Shown here: positions 1-8,168 of the stretch, piece by piece
Layout: each line of letters begins with the position of its first letter
Position numbering within the stretch: position 1 is the stretch's first letter
From: Propionibacteriaceae bacterium
GTDB taxonomy: Bacteria; Actinomycetota; Actinomycetes; Propionibacteriales; Propionibacteriaceae
Direction of reading: 5' to 3'
Assembly (NCBI GenBank): GCA_031256725.1
Contig: JAIRQE010000015.1
Coordinates: 30,001 to 62,000 of the forward strand
DNA: 32,000 nt
The notes under the pieces: model-generated
What the model was told of the DNA's origin: nothing
The model's input: the letters and a program-made list of their open reading frames with translations, nothing else
Databases searched by the model: none
Program-made: the position numbers and the translations under genes

Positions 1-219
1 TCACCTGGAATACCAACCCCACAAAATCCGAAGGAATCCGTGGCTGACTTGGCCATATGTTCACGTTCTATCTCAATTATTGGACACACCATAGAGTCGA
101 GAGCCATCACGTCAGCAGCAGACAGTACCCGCGTGGTACCCCATTTGTGAGGCCCTGGATTGGTGACCAGACTGTGTGCCATACAAGCATCGTAGAGGTT
201 TTTCGGGCAAAGTTATCCT

Positions 220-1527
220 ATGACTGTCCCCGAAAAGAGAGTAGAGACACGCCTCGACCCCTATGTCGACGTGTATGCACAGCGCACCCAGGGCCTGCGG
301 GTCTCTGCTGTACGAGCTCTTTTCGCCGTCGCCAATCGGCCTGAGGTGGTCTCCCTAGCTGGTGGAATGCCCAATATCACCGACCTGCCCCTCGACGTCT
401 TGGGGTCAGTCATCGGTGACCTCATCAAATCCCGTGGCCCACAGATCATGAACTATGGTTCCGGTCAGGGTGAGGAGAGGATCCGTGAGCAGATCTGTGA
501 GGTCATGGCCCTAGAAAAGGTTGAGGCATCCCCCGATGATCTGATGATCTCATGCGGATCCCAGCAGGGACTTGATCTTGTCACCCGTACCTTCATTGAC
601 CCTGGGGATGTCATTCTTGTCGAGTCCCCCACTTATGTGGGCGCCTTGGGTACCTTCTCCTCCTACCAGGCCCAGGTCGTACACGTGGACACCGATGAGG
701 ATGGATTGATCCCGAGCGCGTTCAGGGCTGCCACTATTGCTGCTCGCGCTGCTGGACGCAAAGTGAAATTCCTGTATACGATTCCGAACTTCAACAACCC
801 CTCTGGGGTGATGATGAGTATAGTTCGCCGCCGGGAACTCTTGGAGGCAGCCAAAGAACTCGACGTTGTGATCGTTGAAGACAACCCCTATGGCTTGCTT
901 GCGATCGATGTACCACCCCAGCCCGCATTGAGGTCAATGGATGGGGGCCAGGTGATCTACTTGGGCTCCTTCTCCAAGACTTTTGCTCCCGGTTTTCGAG
1001 TCGGCTGGGTCCTTGCTCCTCCGGCTGTACTCAAAAAACTTGTCTTGGCCCAGGAATCTGCAACCCTATGCCCGCCAGTATTCTCGCAATTCGCGATCTC
1101 GGAGTATCTTGCGAACTGGGATTGGCAGGGCCAAGTTGAGGCCTTCCGGTCGATGTACCGTGAACGCAGGGATGCGATGTTGCGTGGCCTGGATGACCAT
1201 ATGCCTGCTGGAGCAACCTGGACTCGCCCCAAGGGTGGGTTCTTTGTGTGGCTGACTCTGCCGGAGGGTTTCGACTCGGATCAATTGAGTGCCCGGGCGA
1301 CCTCACACCGTGTGGCCTATGTACCTGGTACTGCTTTCTATGCCGATGGCTTAGGGTCTCGCAATATGCGCTTGAGTTACTGTTTCCCTACGCCAGAACG
1401 TATTTATGAGGGTACCCGTCGGCTCGGCGAAGCGATCGCCGAAGAGATCGAATTGCGGACCACCTTCGGGTTGGTGAACCCGAAATCTGCCCTCTCTGTC
1501 GGGCACGGACGCGAGTCGTCATCATGA
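220..1527 (+). CDS. PLP-dependent aminotransferase, fold-type I (class I/II; AspC/LysN/MocR-effector-like)
   Basis: Intact 435-aa ORF. It has the PLP-lysine motif 'SFSKTFAPGFRVGW', plus 'IPNFNNPSG' and 'VEDNPYG', typical of class I/II aminotransferases. No clear SD before ATG 220. Confidence 0.85.
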   Translation: MTVPEKRVETRLDPYVDVYAQRTQGLRVSAVRALFAVANRPEVVSLAGGMPNITDLPLDVLGSVIGDLIKSRGPQIMNYGSGQGEERIREQICEVMALEKVEASPDDLMISCGSQQGLDLVTRTFIDPGDVILVESPTYVGALGTFSSYQAQVVHVDTDEDGLIPSAFRAATIAARAAGRKVKFLYTIPNFNNPSGVMMSIVRRRELLEAAKELDVVIVEDNPYGLLAIDVPPQPALRSMDGGQVIYLGSFSKTFAPGFRVGWVLAPPAVLKKLVLAQESATLCPPVFSQFAISEYLANWDWQGQVEAFRSMYRERRDAMLRGLDDHMPAGATWTRPKGGFFVWLTLPEGFDSDQLSARATSHRVAYVPGTAFYADGLGSRNMRLSYCFPTPERIYEGTRRLGEAIAEEIELRTTFGLVNPKSALSVGHGRESSS

Positions 1528-1745
1528 GATCTGTCGCGAACCGGTCCATCCTGAGTTACGGAAACCTTCCCCTTGGCCCATCGGCCCAGTGCCAGGGGGA
1601 TGAGTGCCAGGGGGACGCATCTCCTGATATGCGGTTCACACCCATTCGTTCGATCATGGATGAGCGTTTCACACCTGATCAGCCACAACTCACTGTGTCA
1701 GGAGATACGTCTCCTGACACACTATTGACCAACACCTGGAGGTGA

Positions 1746-2690
1746 ATGATGGTACAAGAAGTAGTCGTCGTCTCGGGAGGACTCTCCCATGAACGAGAAA
1801 TCTCATTGGAGTCTGGGCTGCGGGTAGCCAAAGAGCTGACCCACGCTGGGTTTGAGGTCACTCGCTCGGATATTCAGCCCTCGTTGATTGAATTGCTCAC
1901 CACGATGGATTCCCCTGTGGTCTTCCCAATGCTGCACGGCGGTGCTGGGGAGGATGGTGCTGTTCGTGAAGTCCTGGAGTTGATTGGTGTACCTTATGTG
2001 GGCGCGACCGCTGATGCTTGCCGAGCCAGCTTTGATAAGGCATTGGCAATCCCGACTGTTGCTCAAGCTGGGTTGGTTGTACCCGATTGTGTGATCCTTC
2101 CCCATGACATGTTCCGTGACCTGGGTGCCTCGACCCTTTTGGGGTTGATCGAGGATCGTTTAGGGTTGCCACTGTTCGTGAAACCATCAACATCGGGTTC
2201 CTCGTTGGGGGTCTCTCGGGTGGACCGTATCGAAGATCTACCGGCCGCAATGGTGAATGCCTACAGTTATGGGCCTGTTGCGATCGTTGAAGAGTACATC
2301 TCAGGGCTTGAGGTGGCTGTACCCGTGTTCGACATCGGCGAAGGCCCTGTAGCCTTCCCACCGGTCGAAATACGCCCCGTTTCGGGGTTGTACGACTTCG
2401 AGGCCCGCTACACCGCTGGCAAAACGAAGTACATTTGCCCTGCGACCCTGGATCAGTCAACCACGGATGCCTGTATGGCCGCGGCTCTCGTAGCCCACAC
2501 ATCCCTAGGGTTGAGGGACTTCTCCCGGGCCGACATCATCGTTCGTGACGGGGTACCCGTGTTCATCGAGTCCTCCGTAGCCCCCGGCATGACTGATACC
2601 TCAGTGGTACCTTTGTCTTTGGCTACCACTGGGGAAAATCTTTCCCACGTACTAGCGTCACTGGTGACCTTGGCCGCCAAGCGTGGATAG
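1746..2690 (+). CDS. ddl: D-alanine--D-alanine ligase
   Basis: 314-aa ORF with Ddl/ATP-grasp motifs: 'VVVVSGGLSHEREISLESG', 'HGGAGEDG', 'FVKPSTSGSSLGVS', 'APGMT'. SD GGAGGTGA lies directly upstream, so the start could be ATG 1746 or ATG 1749. Confidence 0.92.
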   Translation: MMVQEVVVVSGGLSHEREISLESGLRVAKELTHAGFEVTRSDIQPSLIELLTTMDSPVVFPMLHGGAGEDGAVREVLELIGVPYVGATADACRASFDKALAIPTVAQAGLVVPDCVILPHDMFRDLGASTLLGLIEDRLGLPLFVKPSTSGSSLGVSRVDRIEDLPAAMVNAYSYGPVAIVEEYISGLEVAVPVFDIGEGPVAFPPVEIRPVSGLYDFEARYTAGKTKYICPATLDQSTTDACMAAALVAHTSLGLRDFSRADIIVRDGVPVFIESSVAPGMTDTSVVPLSLATTGENLSHVLASLVTLAAKRG

Positions 2691-2719
2691 CGCCTTCTTC
2701 TTGCTACCCCATTATGCAC

Positions 2720-2958
2720 TAGTCCCAACACACCTTCGTCACAGTCTCCCTGATCGACACTGTGACGCCCAAATTGCGAAGTTGTGGGTGCCTCGCCTGC
2801 TCGGATGAGCCGGATAACTAGGTTGAGAGACTATTCGAGCGAAACCATTCTCTGTAATCGCACAGGTGGCCCATCCTATTAAGGCGTTGTCTTTGAACCA
2901 TTGCGACACAGCATCTTGCGTGCATGGGCTCGGTCAAAGAGCGCTATGAGAACATCAC
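2720..2958 (-). pseudogene. Decayed PIN-domain VapC-type toxin (frameshifted, no start, C-terminal half missing)
   Basis: Minus-strand translation gives 'DVLIALFDRAHA' in one frame and 'DAVSQWFKDNALIGWATCAITENGFARIVSQPSYPAHPS' in another. This matches the VapC signature '..NVLIAL....H.HH.AA..WF....GWATCPITE.GFVRI.S.P.Y'. There are stops and frameshifts, no start codon, and the relic ends against ddl. Confidence 0.55.
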
Positions 2959-3203
2959 CAAACGCCTAACTCTTCTCTTAATCGGTTCACATCCTCGTTG
3001 CTCACCACGCTACTCTGAGACTCAAATTGTTCAATTCCCAGTTCTCGAAGGGCATCATCCATGAGTGATTGGGTAGGGCGCAAGGTTGTGTACCCGAGCC
3101 GGAAGTACTCAGAAATGACTGCTCCAGTAGTGAGTCCCTGATCCTGTGCGTTTTTTTGGCCGCATGCAGAACATCGTTGTCAATGGTTAATGTCGTCCTC
3201 GCA
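2955..3203 (-). pseudogene. Decayed VapB/ribbon-helix-helix-type antitoxin (frameshift in a homopolymer, start codon lost)
   Basis: The minus strand reads 'ARTTLTIDNDVLHAAKK'. After a 1-nt frame slip at the A7/T7 run (3151-3157) it continues 'AQDQGLTTGAVISEYFRLGYTTLRPTQSLMDDALRELGIEQF...VNRLREELGVW*'. Compare typical antitoxins, 'MRTTLTIDDDVL.AAK..A...G.SLGAVISEL.R.G'. The stop (2955-2957) overlaps the toxin relic, as in intact TA operons. Confidence 0.55.
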
Positions 3204-3380
3204 CATCATGTATAACGCATCTGATGCAGCGATGATTGAAGCACAGATCCTGTGCTCGTATATTGAGGAAATGGGAAGGTCTCTGTTGGTAGACCATTTC
3301 TCTGTAGGAGGACCAAGCAGTATATTTGTATATATGTCGATAAAGTTCTTTATCGGTACATCTCTATATTTCTTTATCGC

Positions 3381-4277
3381 TTATGCCATCAGCTCTAAGA
3401 TTCGATCGAGATCATCTTCACCAGCGAACTCAATGATGATCTTTCCACGGGTACCGATCTTGATCTGTACCCTGGTTTCGTACCTCTCCGAAAGGGCGGC
3501 CTCAATAGTGGCGGCACGAGGATGCTCACCTGCGACCTTGGGCTTCTTCGCAATAGATGGCTCACCAGGGAGGGCCGATTCGGCAAGGGTAACGGCTTCC
3601 TCAGTGGCTCGTACAGACATCCCCTCGGCGACGATCTTCGCAGCCAGTTTCTCCATGGATTCTGGATCAGGAAGGCCAAGCAGGGCACGAGCATGACCAG
3701 CCGAGAGTACCCCAGAAGCAACCCTCTTTTGTACAGATGTTGGCAGCTTCAGTAACCGAATAGTGTTCGAGATCTGGGGGCGAGACTTCTTGATCCTAGT
3801 GGCCAGTTCTTCCTGGGTACATCCGAAGTCAGAGAGCAACTGCTGGTAGGCCGCAGCCTCTTCCAAAGGATTTAATTGCACGCGCTGGATATTCTCCAAG
3901 AGGGCATCTCGTAGGAGATCCTCCTGCTCAGTCGGGCGGATGATCGCTGGAATGGATGTGAGTCCGGCCAGCTTCGAGGCCCGCAACCTGCGTTCGCCCA
4001 TGACCAGTTCATAACGACCTGGGCTAAGAGGACGTACAACGATGGGCTGGAGGAGACCGACTTCTGTGATCGACTCAGACAGCTCACTCAACTGGTCAGG
4101 GTCAAAAACAGAGCGGGGTTGCTGGGGGTTGGCCGTGATCGTTTCGATTGGCAACTCTTTGAATTGGGAACCCTCAGGCATCCCATCATTGCGTACTTCG
4201 TCACCCTCTGCCGGGGTCGTTTGCTGGAAGAGTTCGCCAAGACCTCGTCCTAGCCCTGTGTGTTTCTGTGCAGCCAT
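3381..4277 (-). CDS. parB: Chromosome partitioning protein ParB (Spo0J)
   Basis: Motifs 'GLGRGLGELF', 'IVVRP...YELVMGERRLRAS' (ParB box II) and an HTH 'QEELATRIKKSRPQISNTIRLLKL'. Start chosen at ATG 4277 ('MAAQKHTGLGRGL'), preceded by GGAAGGA. The longer ORF to 4331 would overlap parA. Confidence 0.93.
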   Translation of the reverse strand: MAAQKHTGLGRGLGELFQQTTPAEGDEVRNDGMPEGSQFKELPIETITANPQQPRSVFDPDQLSELSESITEVGLLQPIVVRPLSPGRYELVMGERRLRASKLAGLTSIPAIIRPTEQEDLLRDALLENIQRVQLNPLEEAAAYQQLLSDFGCTQEELATRIKKSRPQISNTIRLLKLPTSVQKRVASGVLSAGHARALLGLPDPESMEKLAAKIVAEGMSVRATEEAVTLAESALPGEPSIAKKPKVAGEHPRAATIEAALSERYETRVQIKIGTRGKIIIEFAGEDDLDRILELMA

Positions 4278-4290
4278 GTCAGGATCCTTC

Positions 4291-5226
4291 CTAAAGTGCC
4301 CGTGAAGCGAACTCTGCGGTGGCCTGAACATAGGCTTGACCGCCAGCCGATCCGCGGTGATAGGTGATGACCGTCTGACCGTACGAGGGAGCCTCCGAGA
4401 TTCGTACAGACCGCGGGATCACCGCATTCAACGTCTGTTGGGGGAAGTGAGCTCGTACCTCATCAGCAACCTGGGAGGACAAACGGGTACGCCCATCGTA
4501 CATCGTCAAAAGAACCGTGGACAGCGCGAGATCATCATTGAGGTTCCCCTTCACAAGATTGATCGTGTTCACTAACTGACTCACACCCTCCAAGGCATAG
4601 TACTCGCATTGGATTGGGATGAGGATCTCTTTGGCGGCAACAAGCGCATTCAGGGTGAGTAAGCCCAATGATGGCGGGCAGTCGAAGATCACATAGTCTA
4701 TCTGATGGGTGGACAGGTACGTGGCCAGCGCCTCTTTCATTCGACGCTCCCTACCCTGGATACTCACCAATTCAAGCTCAGCAGCAGCAAGGTCAATGGT
4801 CGCAGGAAGCACGAACAAGTTGGGGGCCTCCGCTGATTGTACGACGTGCCATTCCATTGCGGCCCCATCAAGGAGTACCTCATAGGTACCTCTGATCCCT
4901 TGACGATGATCGACACCCAATGCAGTCGATGCATTTCCCTGAGGATCCATGTCCACCAGAAGTACGCGCAACCCTCCAAATCCAAGCGCTGCTGCCAGGT
5001 TCACGGCAGTTGTGGTCTTCCCGACACCGCCCTTCTGATTGGCGATGACGATGATCCGAGTATTCGACGGCTTCTTGAGTGTTTCATGTGAAACATTCTC
5101 TGAACCATCCTCCATAGGTTCTGGCTCCACCAGCGGAGGAATCTCTGGACCATCGAAGAGTTCTGTACGTGGTTCTGGGAGAAGAGACATGTTTTGCCTT
5201 TCGTGTGTACTGCGCCTCGCAGCCAC
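4291..5226 (-). CDS. parA: Chromosome partitioning ATPase ParA (Soj)
   Basis: Deviant Walker A 'NQKGGVGKTTTAVNLA', 'VLLVDMDPQGNAS', 'DYVIFDCPPSLG'. It has the N-terminal extension typical of actinobacterial ParA. An alternative start is Met13 (5190). Confidence 0.93.
   Translation of the reverse strand: MAARRSTHERQNMSLLPEPRTELFDGPEIPPLVEPEPMEDGSENVSHETLKKPSNTRIIVIANQKGGVGKTTTAVNLAAALGFGGLRVLLVDMDPQGNASTALGVDHRQGIRGTYEVLLDGAAMEWHVVQSAEAPNLFVLPATIDLAAAELELVSIQGRERRMKEALATYLSTHQIDYVIFDCPPSLGLLTLNALVAAKEILIPIQCEYYALEGVSQLVNTINLVKGNLNDDLALSTVLLTMYDGRTRLSSQVADEVRAHFPQQTLNAVIPRSVRISEAPSYGQTVITYHRGSAGGQAYVQATAEFASRAL
5080..5095. promoter_or_regulatory. parS centromere-like site (15/16 match to TGTTTCACGTGAAACA)
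   Basis: TGTTTCATGTGAAACA lies inside the 5' end of parA. It is the only full-length parS-like match I could find by eye. Confidence 0.65.
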
Positions 5227-5402
5227 ATAATCATATCCAGCGACACTGGCAGGTACGAACTCGAACGGCTATTTCCGCCGCAACACTAAGGTTTAACACA
5301 GGGGTTTTCTGAAGTACTAGTTCAGACTCCATGGATGTGATACCCTCACCAACGTCTCTGTGAAATACATTCTGCGCCCCATGAGTCAGTCGCATGAGCA
5401 CA

Positions 5403-5489
5403 GGGGTGGGGTACACCTATCCCAACCGTCCCCTCGTCTGGAGATGATGCGTCCAAGGAAACGACATCGTGAATGTGTTTGGGATAGAT
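5403..5489 (-). repeat. Palindromic MITE-like intergenic repeat, copy A (inverted orientation, outer arm truncated)
   Basis: The reverse complement aligns with copy C: 'atctatcccaaacacattcac...atctcca...ggggacggttgggataggtgtaccccacccc'. It lies in the 580-bp rsmG-parA spacer. Confidence 0.75.
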
Positions 5490-5810
5490 TCCTCGGGTTT
5501 CGATCCTCACCCAAGAATCTCATACATCAACCCCGCGCCAACCGGTGTCGAGAGCGAAGCAGAGTACCTCATCATCGCCTTACGTGAGACCTGCATGTAC
5601 CTCTCTGCGTCTTCATGACGATGAGTTTGATTCGTAAACCTTCGGATGAATAACTGAGAGCGTGCGAAGAATGCGAGCGTGTCCAGACTTCAATCTGCTG
5701 GCGATAGTCACCTCATCAAGAGACCATCGAGAGGATCAATTCCCCAGAATGAAAGATCAGGAGAAGGAGTCCCGAAATAATCTCGACCAGATTGGTCGTC
5801 AGGAAGAACA

Positions 5811-6428
5811 CTAAGCCTTGGTAATCCTCAGTACAGTTCCAAGTAAGCTGCCACCAACCTCGGATCTGATCACCTCAGCCGTGAGACTTTTCTTCGCCAA
5901 GTAGTCTTGAGCTTCCTCGACTTCAAGACTCGCACGATCCCCTTTGATCGCGAGTACCTCTGCTCTATTCAACAATGGTTCAACCATACCCACAAGTTTC
6001 TCCACAGAACTCAAGGCCCGACAAGTCACGACGTCTACGCCTGCTTTAGGGCGGTATTCCTCACCCCGGCATCGCACCACCTGTACAGAATCTTGAAGAC
6101 CCAGATCACGGATACATAGATCCAAAAACTTTACCCGTCGTTCCATAGGCTCCACGAGAACCACCTGAAGATCCGGGCGGGCAATGGCGAGAGGTATTCC
6201 CGGCAACCCTGCTCCGGACCCAATATCCGCGACCAAGGAGTCCCGGTTCACATAGGGGGAGATACACACAGAATTGAGCAGATGTCTGTCCCAGATTCGG
6301 TCAGTCTCCCGTGGACCAAGCAACCCCCACTCGATTCCCTCGCATGTAAGCAGCTCAGCATATCGGGTAGCCACCTCCAGGCGTTCCCCGAATACCTCAA
6401 CAGCTAGCTTATCGATTGATTCAAGCAC
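5811..6428 (-). CDS. rsmG: 16S rRNA (guanine527-N7)-methyltransferase RsmG (GidB)
   Basis: 205-aa ORF with SAM motif 'DIGSGAGLPGIPLAI'. It sits in the conserved position between jag and parA. Confidence 0.9.
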   Translation of the reverse strand: MLESIDKLAVEVFGERLEVATRYAELLTCEGIEWGLLGPRETDRIWDRHLLNSVCISPYVNRDSLVADIGSGAGLPGIPLAIARPDLQVVLVEPMERRVKFLDLCIRDLGLQDSVQVVRCRGEEYRPKAGVDVVTCRALSSVEKLVGMVEPLLNRAEVLAIKGDRASLEVEEAQDYLAKKSLTAEVIRSEVGGSLLGTVLRITKA

Positions 6429-6457
6429 AATTACCTTCTACGACAGACAGAATTAGG

Positions 6458-6530
6458 GACCTCAGGAATGTAGAAACTCAATACGAACTCATAAATCGTT
6501 AGGTCGCGGGTTCGCGTCCCGCTGAGCGTG
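6458..6530 (+). pseudogene. tRNA-Met(CAT)-like relic: good anticodon arm, variable loop and T-arm, but decayed D-arm and acceptor
   Basis: ACGAA-CTCATAA-ATCGT (6483-6499) has a CAT anticodon flanked by T and A. Then comes tAGGTC, then the T-arm GCGGG-TTCGCGT-CCCGC (6506-6522). The 3' acceptor TGAGCGT pairs with only 5/7 bases of GACCTCA (6458-6464). There is no D-arm GG and no U8. Confidence 0.4.
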
Positions 6531-6559
6531 GATTCCCCGTGAGGAAGCGAAGAAAAACC

Positions 6560-7054
6560 CTAGTCCGTCACAGGGCTGATTACCACATGGCGCTTATCGC
6601 CCTCACCCTCAGACTCTGAGGTGAGCCCAGCAGCAGCAACAGCGTCGTGGACGATCTTGCGTTCAAAGGGGTTCATGGCTTCCATGGACAGGGCCTCCCC
6701 AGAGTTCTTGACCTCCACCACAGCAGCGGCAACGATCTCCTGGAGCTCCTTACGACGCTTCTCGCGATGCCCGGACACGTCAAGCATGAGACGTGAGTGG
6801 CGGCCAATCTTGGTCAACACCGCCAGGCGTGACAGATCCTGGAGGGCCTCAAGTACCTCACCATTAGCTCCCACTAACTTGTCGCCAGATGTGAGAATGG
6901 ATACGTGGGGACGTCCTGCCTCCACATAGGTATCGATGTCACCATCAAGGTCTGCGATGTCTAGCAATTCTTCAAGATAATCAGCAGCGGTTTCACCTTC
7001 TAGGGTCAGATGATCCATCTGCTCTGTGGCTTGAGCCTCAACTACTTCAGTCAT
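6560..7054 (-). CDS. jag: Jag/KhpB-type RNA-binding protein (KH + R3H domains)
   Basis: 'MTEVVEAQATEQ...' starts at ATG 7054, preceded by GGAGGAAAA. The C-terminus 'FERKIVHDAVAAAGLTSESEGEGDKRHVVISP' is an R3H domain. The longer ORF to 7252 overlaps the yidC tail and is rejected. Confidence 0.88.
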   Translation of the reverse strand: MTEVVEAQATEQMDHLTLEGETAADYLEELLDIADLDGDIDTYVEAGRPHVSILTSGDKLVGANGEVLEALQDLSRLAVLTKIGRHSRLMLDVSGHREKRRKELQEIVAAAVVEVKNSGEALSMEAMNPFERKIVHDAVAAAGLTSESEGEGDKRHVVISPVTD

Positions 7055-7106
7055 TTTTCCTCCACTCACCCTTGATCGGGTTATCGTCGACCGTACGGTC
7101 GGTGGT

Positions 7107-8168
7107 CTATTTCTTCTTGGGCGTTGTTCGGGTTGCCCGGGATTGTCTGGCCGGCTGCTGGCGTTGGATCTGCTGCCGGACCACACCAGTGGCTGGGGTT
7201 TCCCCATTCTCACTTGTGTTCGTGGTTCCCGCAACTGCACGGGAGTTGGCACCTGGTTGAGGTGTCTTGGTGCGCTTTGCTCTGCGCTCGGCTTGGATCT
7301 GCTCGGGATCCAATCCCTTCTTGGTCATCCGCTCTTCCCAGTCAATATAGGCCGGTGTTCCTGGTGTCGGGTTATTGCGGATGAGTAGGTACTGCTGTCC
7401 CAAGGTCCATAGGTTGTTGGTCACCCAGTACACGAGCACACCAAGGGAGATCCACAACCCGATAAACAGGTACATGAACGGGAACATGTACAGCATCATC
7501 TTCTGTTGCTGAGCCATGGGGCCTTGCAGTGCCTCGGGCGGCATATTCTTGCCCATGAGCTGCTTTTGGGTCACGAAGAACAACCCGGTCATTGCAAGGA
7601 TCAAAATGATCGCCATGATCTGGGTTGGGCCGAACAAGCTCCAATCCTCAAGCCAGAATTGTCCAGCAAGTTCGGCACCAAAGAACTTTGCCTTGAGCAA
7701 GGACCTCACCAGATCGTGATCCTTTTGGAAGAAGTACCCCAAAGCACGCGAGTTCGCAGCCGAATAAAGTACCTGGTACAAAGCGATGAAGACAGGCATT
7801 TGCAGAAGCAAAGGGAAGCAGGAGGCTGCCGGATTGACTCCCTCGGCTTTCATGAGCTTTTGCTGCTCAATGCCCATGCGTTGGCGGTCAGCGCCGTACT
7901 TCTCTTGGATCTCTCTCATCTTTGGCTGGATGAGCTGCATGTTGCGCGCAGAGTTGATCTGCTTGACGAACAGTGGAATGAGCAGGGTACGTACCAACAC
8001 TGTCAGTGTCATGATGGCGAGTACCCAGGTCAGACCCTGATCAGGGCCAGTGATCATCGACCAGAAGCGGTAGGCCCACATCAGGATGAATGAGATTGCC
8101 GCGTGCAGGGGGGTCATGATGGCATTGAAGAAATCTCCAATCCCCATTAGTGTCATCTCAATTGTCAT
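7107..8168 (-). CDS. yidC: Membrane protein insertase YidC
   Basis: Polytopic protein with a basic C-terminal tail. It has YidC motifs ('LLIPLFVKQ', 'KMREIQEKY', 'GVNPAASCFPLLLQMPVF') in the conserved yidD-yidC-jag order. ATG 8168 forms an ATGA overlap with the yidD stop and is well spaced from GAAGGAG. ATG 8174 is also possible. Confidence 0.92.
   Translation of the reverse strand: MTIEMTLMGIGDFFNAIMTPLHAAISFILMWAYRFWSMITGPDQGLTWVLAIMTLTVLVRTLLIPLFVKQINSARNMQLIQPKMREIQEKYGADRQRMGIEQQKLMKAEGVNPAASCFPLLLQMPVFIALYQVLYSAANSRALGYFFQKDHDLVRSLLKAKFFGAELAGQFWLEDWSLFGPTQIMAIILILAMTGLFFVTQKQLMGKNMPPEALQGPMAQQQKMMLYMFPFMYLFIGLWISLGVLVYWVTNNLWTLGQQYLLIRNNPTPGTPAYIDWEERMTKKGLDPEQIQAERRAKRTKTPQPGANSRAVAGTTNTSENGETPATGVVRQQIQRQQPARQSRATRTTPKKK

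Noticed and set aside
1-56. Possible divergent partial ORF on the minus strand ('MAKSATDSFGFCGVGIPG...') leaving the window
   Set aside because: Only 18 codons are visible, with no SD and no recognisable motif. This is insufficient evidence to call a gene.
5360-5587. 75-aa and 61-aa ORFs in the rsmG-parA spacer
   Set aside because: Both run through the palindromic repeat copy A, and neither has an SD or a motif.
7055-7252. N-terminal extension of the jag ORF (66 extra codons)
   Set aside because: It overlaps the yidC C-terminal tail in another frame and is Arg/Pro-rich nonsense. ATG 7054 has a strong GGAGGA SD.
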